The notes under the pieces were generated by a model. It made no database searches. It had not been told where the DNA came from and saw only the letters and a list, made by a program, of their open reading frames with translations. From Mobula birostris (taxonomy: Eukaryota), in assembly GCF_030028105.1 (NCBI RefSeq), contig NC_092377.1, positions 13,512,782 to 13,576,781 on the forward strand: a DNA stretch of 64,000 nucleotides. Direction: 5' to 3'. Made by a program: the position numbers and the translations under genes. Of this stretch, positions 25,373 through 36,952 are shown piece after piece (position 1 is the stretch's first letter; every line of letters begins with the position of its first letter).

Positions 25373-26264
25373 CTCTTTGTAAATTTGTAAATGACACCAA
25401 AATTGATGATATAGTGGACAGTGAAGAAGGTTGTCCAAGTTACAATAGAACATACATGAACTTTGAAAATAGGCAAGGAGGTGACAGATGAAATTTAATT
25501 TGGACAAATGCTGAATTTTGCATTTTAGTCAGTTAAAGCAAGGCAAAACATTACACAGTAAGTGGCAGGGCCCTGGAGATTGTTGCAGAACAGAGGGTCC
25601 TCCTGAGCGAATTCCAGAAAGTGGCAACTTAGTGAAGAAAGGGCTTGACTTCATTTGCCTTCACTAATCAGGCCAGTAATTACAGGAGTCAGGTGGTAAT
25701 GTTACAACTGTAAAAGATACTGGTGTGATTGCACTTGGGATATTGTGGACAGTTCTGATCACCTAGCTACAGGAACGGGGTGATGTAGCTGGAGAGGTTG
25801 CTGGAAACATTCACAAAGATGTTACTCTGGGACTGGAGGGCTTGAGTTACAAGGACAGGCTGGGTCTGTTTCTCTGGAGCACAAGAAGGGATGGGTTTAT
25901 ATATTAAATCATGGATGGATAGATAAATAAATAAATAAATATAGAGAAAATTTAAATTCCTCTGTAGCCTCACACTCTGTAACTTTCTCCAGTCCATGTG
26001 ACCTTCTGAAGTGTCTGCTCTCCAACATCCTTGGTCCCTTTTGAGTATTCACTTACGTTTTTAGATTGGAGAACTGTGCTCTGTCATTTCTCCCATGCAT
26101 TGGTGATTTTGATGAGGATGTAAATTGCAAAAATAATAAATTTGCAGACACCTAACTGGTGGTAGAGTGGACAGTTCTGAATGGTGGGATATAGATTATT
26201 TAGGAATGAGGCAAGGTGATGGCAGATGGAATTTAATTCATCAAATACAAATCAAATCAAAAGC

Positions 26265-29200
26265 ACAATGAGAGCTACAGGGAGGTAGTCACACCTAGGC
26301 TGTCAGAAGCAGGTCATTGGGTGACAGTCAGAGGGAGGAAAGCGAAGGTGAGCAGACAAGTAGTGCAGAGCACCCCTGCAGCCATTCCCCTGAATAATAA
26401 GTTTACCGTCCTGGATACTGTTGGTGGGGAAGACTGACCAGGTGTGAGCCACGGTGGCAGGGCCTCTGGCACTGAGTCTGACCTGGTGGTGCAGAAGGTT
26501 GGGACGGAGAAGAGGAGAGCTGTTGTCATTGGAGACTCTATAGTCAGGGGAGCAGACAGGAGATTTTGTGGATGTGAGAAGGACACCCGCATGGTTTGTT
26601 GCCTCCCGGGTGCCAGGGTCCGGGATGTCTCTGACCGGGTGCACGACATCCTGGTACAAGAGGGAAAGCAACCAGAGGTCGTGATACATGTTGGTACCAA
26701 TGACATAGGCAGGAAGAGGGATGAGGTCCTGAAGTCTGAGTTTCAGGAACTAGGCAGAAGGCTGAAGAACAGGACCTCAGTGGTGGCGTTCTCAGGATTG
26801 CTGCCAGTGCTACATGACAGTGATGGTAAGAATTGGAGGAGATGGCAGTTGAATGCGTGGCTGAGGAGTTGGTGCAGGGGGCAGGCTTTTAGATTTTTGG
26901 ATCCTTGGGGCCTCTTCTGGGGAAGGTGGGACCTGTACAGATTGGATGGGTTGCACCTGAACTCGAGGGGGAGCAGTATCCTTGCAGGTAGGTTTGCTAG
27001 CATGGTTCGGGAGGGCTTGAACTAATTTGCGAGGGGGATGGGACCCGGAGCGATAGAGCAGTGAAAGAAGTGCAGGGAGTAAAGCCAGATCTAACATACA
27101 GAGAGGCTTTGAGGAAAGAGAACCTGAATAAATGGTGTAAAGGTAGTAAGGTAGAAGGGCTGAAGTGTGTGTACATCAATGCAAGAAGCATCAGGAACAA
27201 AGGTGATGAACTGAGAGCTTGGATACATACATGGAATTACGATGTAGTGGCCATTACAGAGACTTGGCTGGCAACAGGGCAGGAATGGATTCTCAATATC
27301 CTGGATTTCAGTGCTTTAAAAGGGATGGGGGGGGGGGAAGGGGAGGAGGGGTGGCATTACTGGTCAGGGATACTATTACAGCTACAGAAAGGGTGGGTAA
27401 TGTAGCAGGATCCTCTTTTGAGTCAGTATGGGTGGAAGTCAGGAACAGGAAGGGAGCAGTTACTCTACTAGGGGTATTCTATAGGCCCCCTGGTAGCAGC
27501 AGAGATACAGAGGAGCAGATTGGGAGGCAGATTTTGGAAAGGTGCAAAAATAGTCATAGTCATAGTCATGCTTTATTGATCCCAGGGGAAATTGGTTAAA
27601 ATAACAGGGTTGTTATCATAGGTGACTTTAACTTCCCTAATATTGATTGGCACCTGATTAGTTCCAAGGGTTTAGATGGGGCAGAGTTTGTTAAGTGTGT
27701 CCAGGACGGATTCCTGTCACAGTATGTGGACAGACCGACTAGGGGGAATGCCACACTAGATCTAGTACTAGGTAATGAACCGGGTCAGGTCACAGATCTC
27801 TAAGTGGGTGAGCATCTGGGGGACAGTGACCACCGCTCCCTGGCCTTTAGCATTATCATGGAAAAGGATAGAATCAGAGAGGACAGGAAATTTTTTAATT
27901 GGGGAAGGGCAAATTATGAGGCTATAAGGCCAGAACTTGTGGGTGTGAATTGGGATGATGTTTTTGCAGGGAAACGTACTATGGACATGTGGTCGATGTT
28001 CAGGGATAAATTTGTCCTGGTGAGGAAGATAAAGAATGGTAGGGTGAAGGAACCATGGGTGACAAGTGAGGTGGAAAATCTAGTCAGGTGGAAGAAGGCA
28101 GCATACATGAGGTTTAGGAAGCAAGGATCAGATGGGTCTATTCAGGAATATAGGGAAGCAAGAAAGGAGCTTAAGGAAGGGCTGAGAGGATGAAGAAGGG
28201 GGCATGAGAATGCCTTGGCGAGTAGGGTAAAGGAAAACCCTAAGGCATTCTTCGATTATGTGAAGAACAAAAGGATGACAGGAGTGAAGGTAGGACTGAT
28301 TAGAGATAAAGGCGGGAAGATGTGCCTGGAGGCTGTGGAAGTGAGCGAGGTCCTCAATGAATACTTCTCTTCGGTATTCACCAATGAGAGGGAGCTTGAT
28401 GATGGTGAGGACAATATGAGTGAGGTTGATGTTATGGAGCATGTTGATATCAAGGGAGAGAAGGTGTTGGAGTTGTTAAAATACATTAGGACGGATAAGT
28501 CCCCGGGGCCTGATGGAATATTCCCCAGGCTGTTCCATAAGGCAAGGGAAGAGATTGCTGAGCCTCTGGCTAGGATCTTTATGTCCTCGTTGTCCATGGG
28601 AATGGTACTGGATGATTGGAGGGAGGTGAATGTTGTCCCCTTGTTCAAAAAAGGTAGTAGGGATAGTCCAGGTAATTATATACCAGTGAGCCTTGTGTCT
28701 GTGGTGGGAAAGCTGTTGGAAAAGATTCTTAGAGATAGGATCTATGGGCATTTAGAGTATCATGGTCTGATCAGGGACAGTCAGTATGGCTTTGTGAAGA
28801 GCAGATCGTGTCTAACAAGCCTGACAGAGTTCTTTGAGGAGGTGATCAGGCATATAGATGAGGGTAGTGCAGTGGATGTGATCTATATGGATTTTAGTGA
28901 GGCATTTGACAAGGTTCCACACGGTAGGCTTATTCAGAAAGTCAGAAGGCATGGGATCTGGGGAAGTTTGGCCAGGTGGATTCAGGATTGGCTTGCCTGC
29001 AGAAGGCAGAGGGTTGTGGTGGAGGTAATACATTCAGATTGGAGGATTGTGACTAGTGGTGTCCCACAAGGATCTGTTCTGGGACCTCTGCTTTTCATGA
29101 TTTTTATTAATGACCTGGATGTGGGGGTAGAGGGGTGGGTTGGAAAGTTTGCAGATGACACAAAGGTTGGTGGTGTTGTAGATAGTGTAGAGGATTGTCA

Positions 29201-30032
29201 AAGATTGCAGAAAGACATTGATATGATGCAGAAGTGGGCTGATGGAGTTCAGCCCGGAGAAGTGAGGTGGTACACTTTGGAAGGACAAATTCCAAGGCAG
29301 AGTACAAAGTAAATGGCAGGATACTTGGTAGTGTGGAGGAGCAGAGGGATCTGGGGGTACATGTCCACAGATCCCTGAAAGTTGCCTCACAGGTAGATAG
29401 GGTAGTTAAGAAAGCTTATGGGTTGTTAGCTTTCATAAGTCAAGGGACAGAGTTTAAGAATTGCAATGTAATGATGCAGCTCTATAAAACTGTGTTTCAA
29501 TCACAATTGTAGTACTGTGTCCAGTTCTGGTTGCCTCACTATAGGAAGGATATGGAAGCATTGGAAAGGGTACAGAGGAGATTTACCAGGATGCTGCCTG
29601 GTTTAGAAAGTATGCATTATGATCAGAGATTAAGGGAGCTAGGGCTTTACTCTTTGGAGAGAAGGAGGATGAGAGGAGACATGATAGAGGTGTACAAGAT
29701 AATAAGAGGAATAGATAGAGTGGATAGCCAGTGCCTCTTCCCCAGGGCACCACTGCTCAATACAAGAGGACATGGCTTTAAGGTAAGGGGTGGGAAGTTC
29801 AAGGGGGATACGGGAGGAAAGTTTTTTACTCAGAGAGTGGTTGGTGCGTGGAATGCACTGCCTGAGTCAATGGTGGAGGCAGATACACTAGTGAAGTTTA
29901 AGAGACTACTAGACAGGTATATGGAGGAATTTAAGGTGAGGGGTTATATGGGAGGCAGGGATTGAGGGTCAGCACAACATTGTGGGCCGAAGGGCCTGTA
30001 CTGTGCTGTACTATTCTATGTTCTATGTTCTA
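26265..30032 (+). mobile_element. Near full-length CR1-type LINE (ORF1 esterase plus disrupted EN-RT ORF2)
   Basis: ORF1 26444-27025; YINARSIRNK..AITETW; QYGF, GVPQGSVLGPLLF, KFADDTK; tail (TTCTATG)n. Confidence 0.95.
26444..27025 (+). CDS. CR1 ORF1 SGNH/GDSL esterase domain (5'-incomplete, TE-derived)
   Basis: VIGDS, PGA, HVGTND, DGLH blocks. Confidence 0.75.
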   Translation: MSHGGRASGTESDLVVQKVGTEKRRAVVIGDSIVRGADRRFCGCEKDTRMVCCLPGARVRDVSDRVHDILVQEGKQPEVVIHVGTNDIGRKRDEVLKSEFQELGRRLKNRTSVVAFSGLLPVLHDSDGKNWRRWQLNAWLRSWCRGQAFRFLDPWGLFWGRWDLYRLDGLHLNSRGSSILAGRFASMVREGLN

Positions 30033-30169
30033 TCATCCAAAGAACTGAAGTGAACAACAACATTCTCAACCATTCCGAGCGTAGAGGAGATATTGTTATT
30101 TGTCCATACTGACTGGGATTTGCGAGCGAGGAAATCAAGGATCAAATTGCACAAAAGATTCAGGACCAC

Positions 30170-31195
30170 CTGTAGTCAATAGTCAGCTCTTTGATTTTGG
30201 TGCATTGAGTGAGAAGTTGTTGTGGCACCATTCAGCCAGAATCTCAATCTCCCTCCTATATGCTGATTCATCACCACCTTTGATTTGGCCCTCAACAGTA
30301 GTATCATCACCAAATGTAAATCTGGCATTGGAGTGTATTTAACCTCAGTCAAAAATATAAAATGAGTAGAGCAGGGGGCTAAGCACACAGCCTTGTGGTG
30401 CACCTGTGATGATGAAGATTATGGAAGAGATGTTTTTGCCGATCTGTACTGACTAGGGTCTGCAAGTGTAGAAATCAAGGATCCAATCAGAGGTATTGAA
30501 ACCTAGGTCTTGGAGCTTATTGATTAGTTTTGAGGGGATGATACAGTTAAATGCTGAGCAGTGGTCAATGAAGAGTATCCCAATGTGTGCACCTTTGCTG
30601 TCTAGATGTTCCAAAGCTGAGTGAAGTGCTAATGAAATGGCATCTGCTTTTGACCTGTTGCTCCCGTAGGCAAACAGGAGCAGATCCAAGTCACTTCTCA
30701 GGGAGGAGTTGATACATTTCATCACCAATCTCTCAAAACCCTTCATCAGAGTGAATGTAAGTGCTATTGGATGATAGTCATGGAGGCAAGTTGCCACGTT
30801 CTTCTTGTCTGATTGAACCTTGGTAGGTACCGCAGACTACCAAAATGAAAGGTTAAAGTTGTCACTAAATGACAGCCAGTAAATGAGCACACGTGTTCAG
30901 TACTCTGCCAGATACTCTCTGTGAGTTCACCCTCCTGAAGGATGCACTGGGACTGAAATAGCAGGGTATTCGGTAGCGGTGGGAGTTTGTGAAGGTGCCT
31001 CCATGTTCTGATGGTCAAAGTGTCCTTAAAAGGCATTGAGCTCATCTGGCAGAGAAACCTTGTCACTCATGTCACTTGATTTCACTCTAGAGGAGATATA
31101 GACATTCAAGCCCTGACACAGCTGTTGAGCATCCTTCCATGATTCAGGTATGGTCCAGAATTGTCAATTCACATCTGAAATAATTTTACAAAGGT
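30170..31195 (-). mobile_element. Decayed Rex1-type RT fragment
   Basis: ATCLHDYHPIALT..MKGFERLVMK..LFID.SAFN. Confidence 0.8.
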
Positions 31196-31208
31196 CATAG
31201 ACCATAGG

Positions 31209-31954
31209 TGTAATGCCCTGGTTAAGATTCTACTGCTAATGCTGTGGGGCATTTCATTTAGTAGCTTTCTGTAAAGCAGTGTGTCCTGCTGGAAAAATGA
31301 CTTGGTTTCGGCTAAAGATAAGGGCTATGATGTTCCACTTAGGAATGTTGTGTCAGCCAGTTGGGCAAAGAGAGATTTGTGACAAACACTGGTGGGGTTC
31401 ATGATCTTTTGGCAAGAGATGTGGAGAAGAGAAGATTGGGAGAGACTGCCATGGGATTCAATTCGACAGGAAGATGCAATTGCAAGGAATGCTTTGCGAG
31501 ATGAAGGAGTCCAAGATGGGAAACTCTACCAGTGATTGGTAATAACAATTCAGCACCGTGAGTAATGGTTATATCCAGCTTTTGGAAGTTACAAGTTCCA
31601 ATGAAATGTGCACATTTAGATTGGATTAACTGTAATAAACCTATAACTTTTATTTTTTTTCTTTTCTTCCTCTTAATAACTGCTGAAGTAAGTAAATATA
31701 CTTTTATGGGGTTGTATGATCTGTTATTTCTTGCTGACTAATAACTGTGAATAAACAGTATTTACACAGTATTCACTCAAATCGAGGTTCCATTGATCAG
31801 AACAGCCCAACTTTTCTGTTTGGTTGAACCCCAAATCATACTGACCCTAGATGTATATTGTGTATGAAAGGTGGCCTTCTCATTGCTGAGTAATGAAGCT
31901 TTTAGCAGAGCTAGAATGAGCAAGTTTGTATACGAGCCCAATGAGGGGGTTACC
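31209..31954 (+). mobile_element. Probable solo LTR
   Basis: TGTAA...TTAC(C) ends, TAGG/TAAG flanks, interrupts a CR1 tail; internal AATAAA. Confidence 0.55.
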
Positions 31955-32186
31955 TAAGACAATAGAGACAGACTTAAGCTATTTGGCCCATCTAGTCTGC
32001 TCTGCCATTCCACCATGACTGATTTATTATCTGTCTCAACCCCATTCTCCCATAACCTTTGATACACTTACTATAGACACTATCAACCTTCACTTTAAAT
32101 GTACTCAATGACTTGGCCTGCACAACTGTCTATGGCAGTGAATTTCTCATATTCACCGCCAACTGGCTAAACAAATTCTTCCTCAC

Positions 32187-32296
32187 AACACACATCAAAG
32201 TTGCTGGTGAACGCAGCAGGCCAGGCAGCATCTCTAGGAAGAGGTACAGTCGACGTTTCAGGCTGAGACCCTTCGTCAGGACTGTTTGTGTTTTTA
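32187..32296 (-). mobile_element. 110-bp hammerhead-containing Penelope-derived insertion
   Basis: Perfect 14-bp TSD AAATTCTTCCTCAC (32173-32186, 32297-32310). Confidence 0.85.
32246..32285 (-). ncRNA. Minimal type I hammerhead ribozyme motif
   Basis: Minus strand ACAGTC-CTGACGA-AGGGTCTCAGCCT-GAA-ACGT-C-GACTGT. Confidence 0.75.
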
Positions 32297-34999
32297 AAAT
32301 TCTTCCTCACCTCTGTTCTAAAGAGACTTCTGTGTATTCTGAGTCTTGTGTTCTCTGGTGCTAGACACCACACTTTTGGAAACATCCTCTACAAATTAGC
32401 TCTATCCAAGGCTTTCAATATTCAGTAGGTTTCAATGAGATCCCCCTCAATCTTCTGAACTCCAATAAAAACAGGCCCAGATTCGGCGAATGCTCCACGT
32501 ACTTTAACCCTTTCATTCCTGGGATCATTCTCATGATAACTCTGGACCCTCCTCAATTCCTCTCCACCTAGGTTTTTTCTTGGATAAGGGGCCCAAAACT
32601 CTTCACAACACTCTAAGTGTAATTTGACCAATGCCTTATAAAGCCTCAGCAATACATCCTCGCTTTTGTATTCTAGTTCTCTTGAAATAAATGCTGATAT
32701 CAGAATCAAGTTTAATATCACAGGCATGTCATGAAATTCGTTGTTTTGCAGCTGCAGTACTTTACAATACATAATTTTAAAAAGCTATAAATAACAATAA
32801 GTATATATCAAGATGATACTGGCATACATCAGCAACTCTCTGCGGGCTGTAGAAAACTGTACCAGTTTTCCTCTTAAATATACTCCCTTTGAATTACTTT
32901 CGCTGCAATCAGCAGCAGGTAAATTTCCTCTTAGCGACAGACTATGAAATTACATCAGTGATCTTCAGTTCTCACAATCGATGGTTGAATGCGAGGCAGT
33001 TATGCATGGCACCTTTAAGGATCAATGCCATAGCCGAAAACACTGCAGGAGAGGAGGAATTCAAACCAGGCTGAAGCATACAGAGATGAGGTCTCCTCTA
33101 CCCAGCATCTTGTCGGTGAATGTGCAGCTGCTGGAAATTAAGATTTATGATCTCAGGGCAAGACTGATGAATCAAAAGCAGATGGGCAGATCTCAATTGT
33201 TTGTTGCAGCGAGACTTGGTTCTCAGAACCGATGGTCCCACTTTAAGGACTGGTTATCTTGTTATTTCATACTCATTATTTATTGCTATTTATTTATATT
33301 TGTATTCGCACAATTTGTTGTTGATTGGTTCTGTTGCTGTTCTATAAATTTGCTAAGCATGCCCACAAGAAAAAGAATATCAGGGTTATGTGTGGTGATG
33401 CATATGTATTCTGATAATAAGACATTTTGGAATTTTGTTTAAATAAAAAGAAAGTGAAATTATTTGTGTAGTGCAAAAAGTGAAGGGAATAATAGTGAGG
33501 CAGTGTTCATAGGTTCATTGTTCATTCACAAATCTGCTGGCAAAGGGGAAGAAGCTGTTTCTGAAACATTACCCCTTGTAGTCATGATCAGTGAAGCACA
33601 GGGAGAGTCTGTAATGCCAGTCAGTACCTTTATTGTCTCAATGGAAGAACATGTGAACTTACATAACTGAATTCATGTCTGCACACCAACTAAGTTTTCC
33701 TGACCATTCACAAACAGTCAAAGAATAGAAAAGATATTACCTGTTAAAAAGGAGTTTCTGCTGCTGGCCACATGTTCCTCATAGTCCCGTTTCCAATCTC
33801 CACATGTCCGTTGGGTTCTCCTCATCTGCGATCATTGTTCCCTTACTGTGTTACCTCTGCTATGGATTTGGAGCTCCTGACTCTTATTGTGTTCCTCATC
33901 AGTTGAACTGATGGATCTCCAGCCCATTGGCTCAAGGTCACCTGGCCTACCTGGGTCACCTTCTAAATGGCTCTAGTCCAGGGCTAAAATCAACGCTGTT
34001 CTATATTTTGCCCCTCTGCCCCCAGCCTTGTGTAGATGTTCCTTTCAAATTCGACTGGTCCAAGTTAGTCAAATTAGGGGACCCATACACTAAGTCTAAC
34101 ACTATAGATTGCTTCTTTTGTAGGTCTGGCACTTTACATAACAAATAGCTACTCATCTGAGAATGGTCTCTGGTTTAGCATGTCATGGCTTGAAGCTCCT
34201 TGTGTGCACATTCAATTGCTCTGATCAGATTATCCCAGAGGACAAATCAGAGTCCACAAAATGGGGGAAAACCATGCTGACTTTGACTTATTTTATCATG
34301 AGTCTCCAAGTACCCTGAAACCTCATCCTTAATAATAGACTCCAACGCTTTCCCAACCACTGAGGTTAGGTTAACTGGCTCCATAATTTCCTCTCTTTTG
34401 CCTTCCTCCCTTCTTAAAGAGTGAAGAGACGTTTGTAATTTTCCAGTTCTCCAGGACCATGCCACAATCAAGTGATTCTTGAAAGATCATCACCAATGCA
34501 TCTGTTATCTCTTCAGCAACCTCTCTCAGGACTCTGGGATGTAGTCCATCTGGTCCAGGTGACTTATCCACCTTAAGACCTTTCAGTCTCCCTCACATTC
34601 TCTCCTTTATAATAGCAATGGCACTCACTCCTGCTCCTTGACACTCACAGACCTCTGGCACACTGCTAGCGTCTTCCACAGTGAAGACAAATGCAAAGTA
34701 TCCATTAAGCTTATCTGCCATTTCTTTGTCCCCTATTACTACCTCAGCAGCATCATTTCCAGTGGTCCAATATCAACTCTCACCTTCTTTTTACTCTTTA
34801 TGTAACTGAAAAATCTTCTAGTATCCTGCTTTATATTATTGGCAAGTTTGACCTCATGTTTCATCTTTTCCCTTCTTATAGCTTTTCTAGTCACCTTTTG
34901 TTGAATTTTAAAAGCTTCCCAATCATGCACTCACTTTTGCTACCTTGTAGGCCCTTCCCTCGGATTTTATGTAGTCCCTGCATCAGCCAGTTGTCTACT

Positions 35000-35926
35000 T
35001 GTCACAATGGGGTGCGGGGAATGGACCCAAATGCAAGACACAGACACTGAAGTTCAAGGAACAGGACTTGACTAGAGTAGGGACGTGACAGGATACAGGC
35101 CAGGAGCAGGGGCAAGAACGCAGACTTGGGCTAGGGAAAGCGGGACCAGGACTAGAAACCATGGACTAGGAGACAAGGCTTCGACTCTGAGCCCGAGATT
35201 GGACAAGGACCCAGAACCTTGGGCTCAGCTACCCCAGAACCAGGCAAGGACATGACATGGCTTCAGTTCAGGACGTGGCTGGGGTCTAGAAGCCTGAGCT
35301 TGGAGACAGGCTGGGATCTTTGCTCTTGAGGCCTGTGTTCTTGGAGCTTGGCTTGGGATCTTCGAGGCCTGTGTTCTTGGAGCTTGGCTTGGGATCTTCG
35401 AGGCTTGTATTCTTGGAGCTTCTCCTGGGCAAGACGCAGAACTTCACCCCAGAGAGGCAAGGACAGGGAGGGACAGAACCAACCGCAGGGTAACAGCAAT
35501 TACAGCCTGGCTTACCCAACAGAGGCAAGGACAGGAAAGAAGCTTAATCCAGGGTGGCTCTGAGTCTCGGGGCAGCCAGCAACCCTGGCTGGCTACAGAA
35601 ATGGCCTAATCCATACCACGATGACTGCTCCAATGAGTAGCAACAAGGCTCCATGAAGCAGTGGTCCTCCAACCAGGCCTAGAGATCACAAATGGTTTCA
35701 CTAGTCTTCCATCAGCAGGTTGCTCCAAGGGGGGAGGGGGGGCTGATAAGACAAACCAGCAGCCCACACTCAACCCCGAGGCTACTTATATTCTGAGCCC
35801 CAAGATGGGAATCAGGTGCCTATGATTAATTCAATCAAACCAAGGGACAGCTGGAAGACCCAGAGTTCTGAGTCCACGGACCAGATTGTGAACCGGAATG
35901 TGGACTTTACGGACCGGACCATAACA
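35000..35926. mobile_element. Solo LTR with perfect 5-bp TSD CTACT
   Basis: TGTCAC...ATAACA flanked by CTACT at 34995-34999 and 35927-35931. Confidence 0.8.
35328..35421. repeat. 36-bp tandem repeat (~2.6 copies) inside the LTR
   Basis: GAGGCCTGTGTTCTTGGAGCTTGGCTTGGGATCTTC repeated. Confidence 0.85.
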
Positions 35927-36952
35927 CTACTCCTGTTGTTGAAGAACAACTTCTTCTCTGGACATATCCAATCTGTGCCTTGTGAACTATTCCCAGAAAC
36001 TTAGCCACCTCAGCTCTGCTGTCATCTTCACAAGTGTCCTCCTCCAATCCACCTGGGCGAGCTCCTATCTCATGCTTCTGTAATTCCCTGGATTCCATTG
36101 CGATACTGATATATGTGAGTTATATTTCTCCCTCTCAAATTGCAGCATGAATTCAATCATATTATTATCACTGCCTCTTAAGGGTTCCTTTACATTAAGC
36201 TCCCTAATAAGATCTGGGTTATTACACAATACCCAATCTAAGATAGCCTTTCCCTGAGTAGGCTCAAGCACAAGCTGCTCTTAAAAACCATCTCGTAGGC
36301 ATTCAACAAATTCCCTCTCTTGTGTCTCGACACCAACCTGATGTTCCCAATCCCCTTGCATATTGAATTCCCCCATTACAATTGTGCCATTACCCTTATA
36401 CTTGTCTTTTTCAGCTCCCTATGCAATCTCAGCCCTACATCTTGGTGACTATTTGGAGGCCTAGTATATGTGATTCCCATAATGTGTTTTTTTTTTTTTA
36501 CCTTCACAGTTTCTTAACTCCACTCACAAAGATTCAGCGTTCTCTGACCCTATGTCACCTCTTTCTGAACATGTATTACCATCTCTTACCAACACCACTA
36601 CCTCTGCCTTCCTGCCTGTCCTTTCGATACAAAGTATATCCTTTTATGTTAAGTTTACAACTATTGTCTTCTTTCAGCCACGACTCAGTGATGCCCACAA
36701 TGTCACACCGCCCAATCTATAATTGTGCCATAAGTTTCATAAGGGCAGTGTGGGTGAGATGGAATTCAGCTACGCGCATTTAAAGACAGCACCTTCAGTC
36801 CTGCATTCTTCACCCTTTTGAATTTTGCCTGTTTGGTACAATTTAACTCTTTGCTCTGTCAGCATTTGTACCCAGTCATTGGCTTGTCCTTCCTTACATT
36901 CACGTTACACCAACCATCTACTTGTAAACCTGCTGGCTCATCCTCAGCTCTA

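Larger units (their letters stand above)
34265..36952 (-). mobile_element. Decayed CR1 ORF2, interrupted by a solo LTR
   Basis: DKSPGPDGLHPRVLRE, EPTQGKAILDWVLCN; host appears to resume after 39385. Confidence 0.85.
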
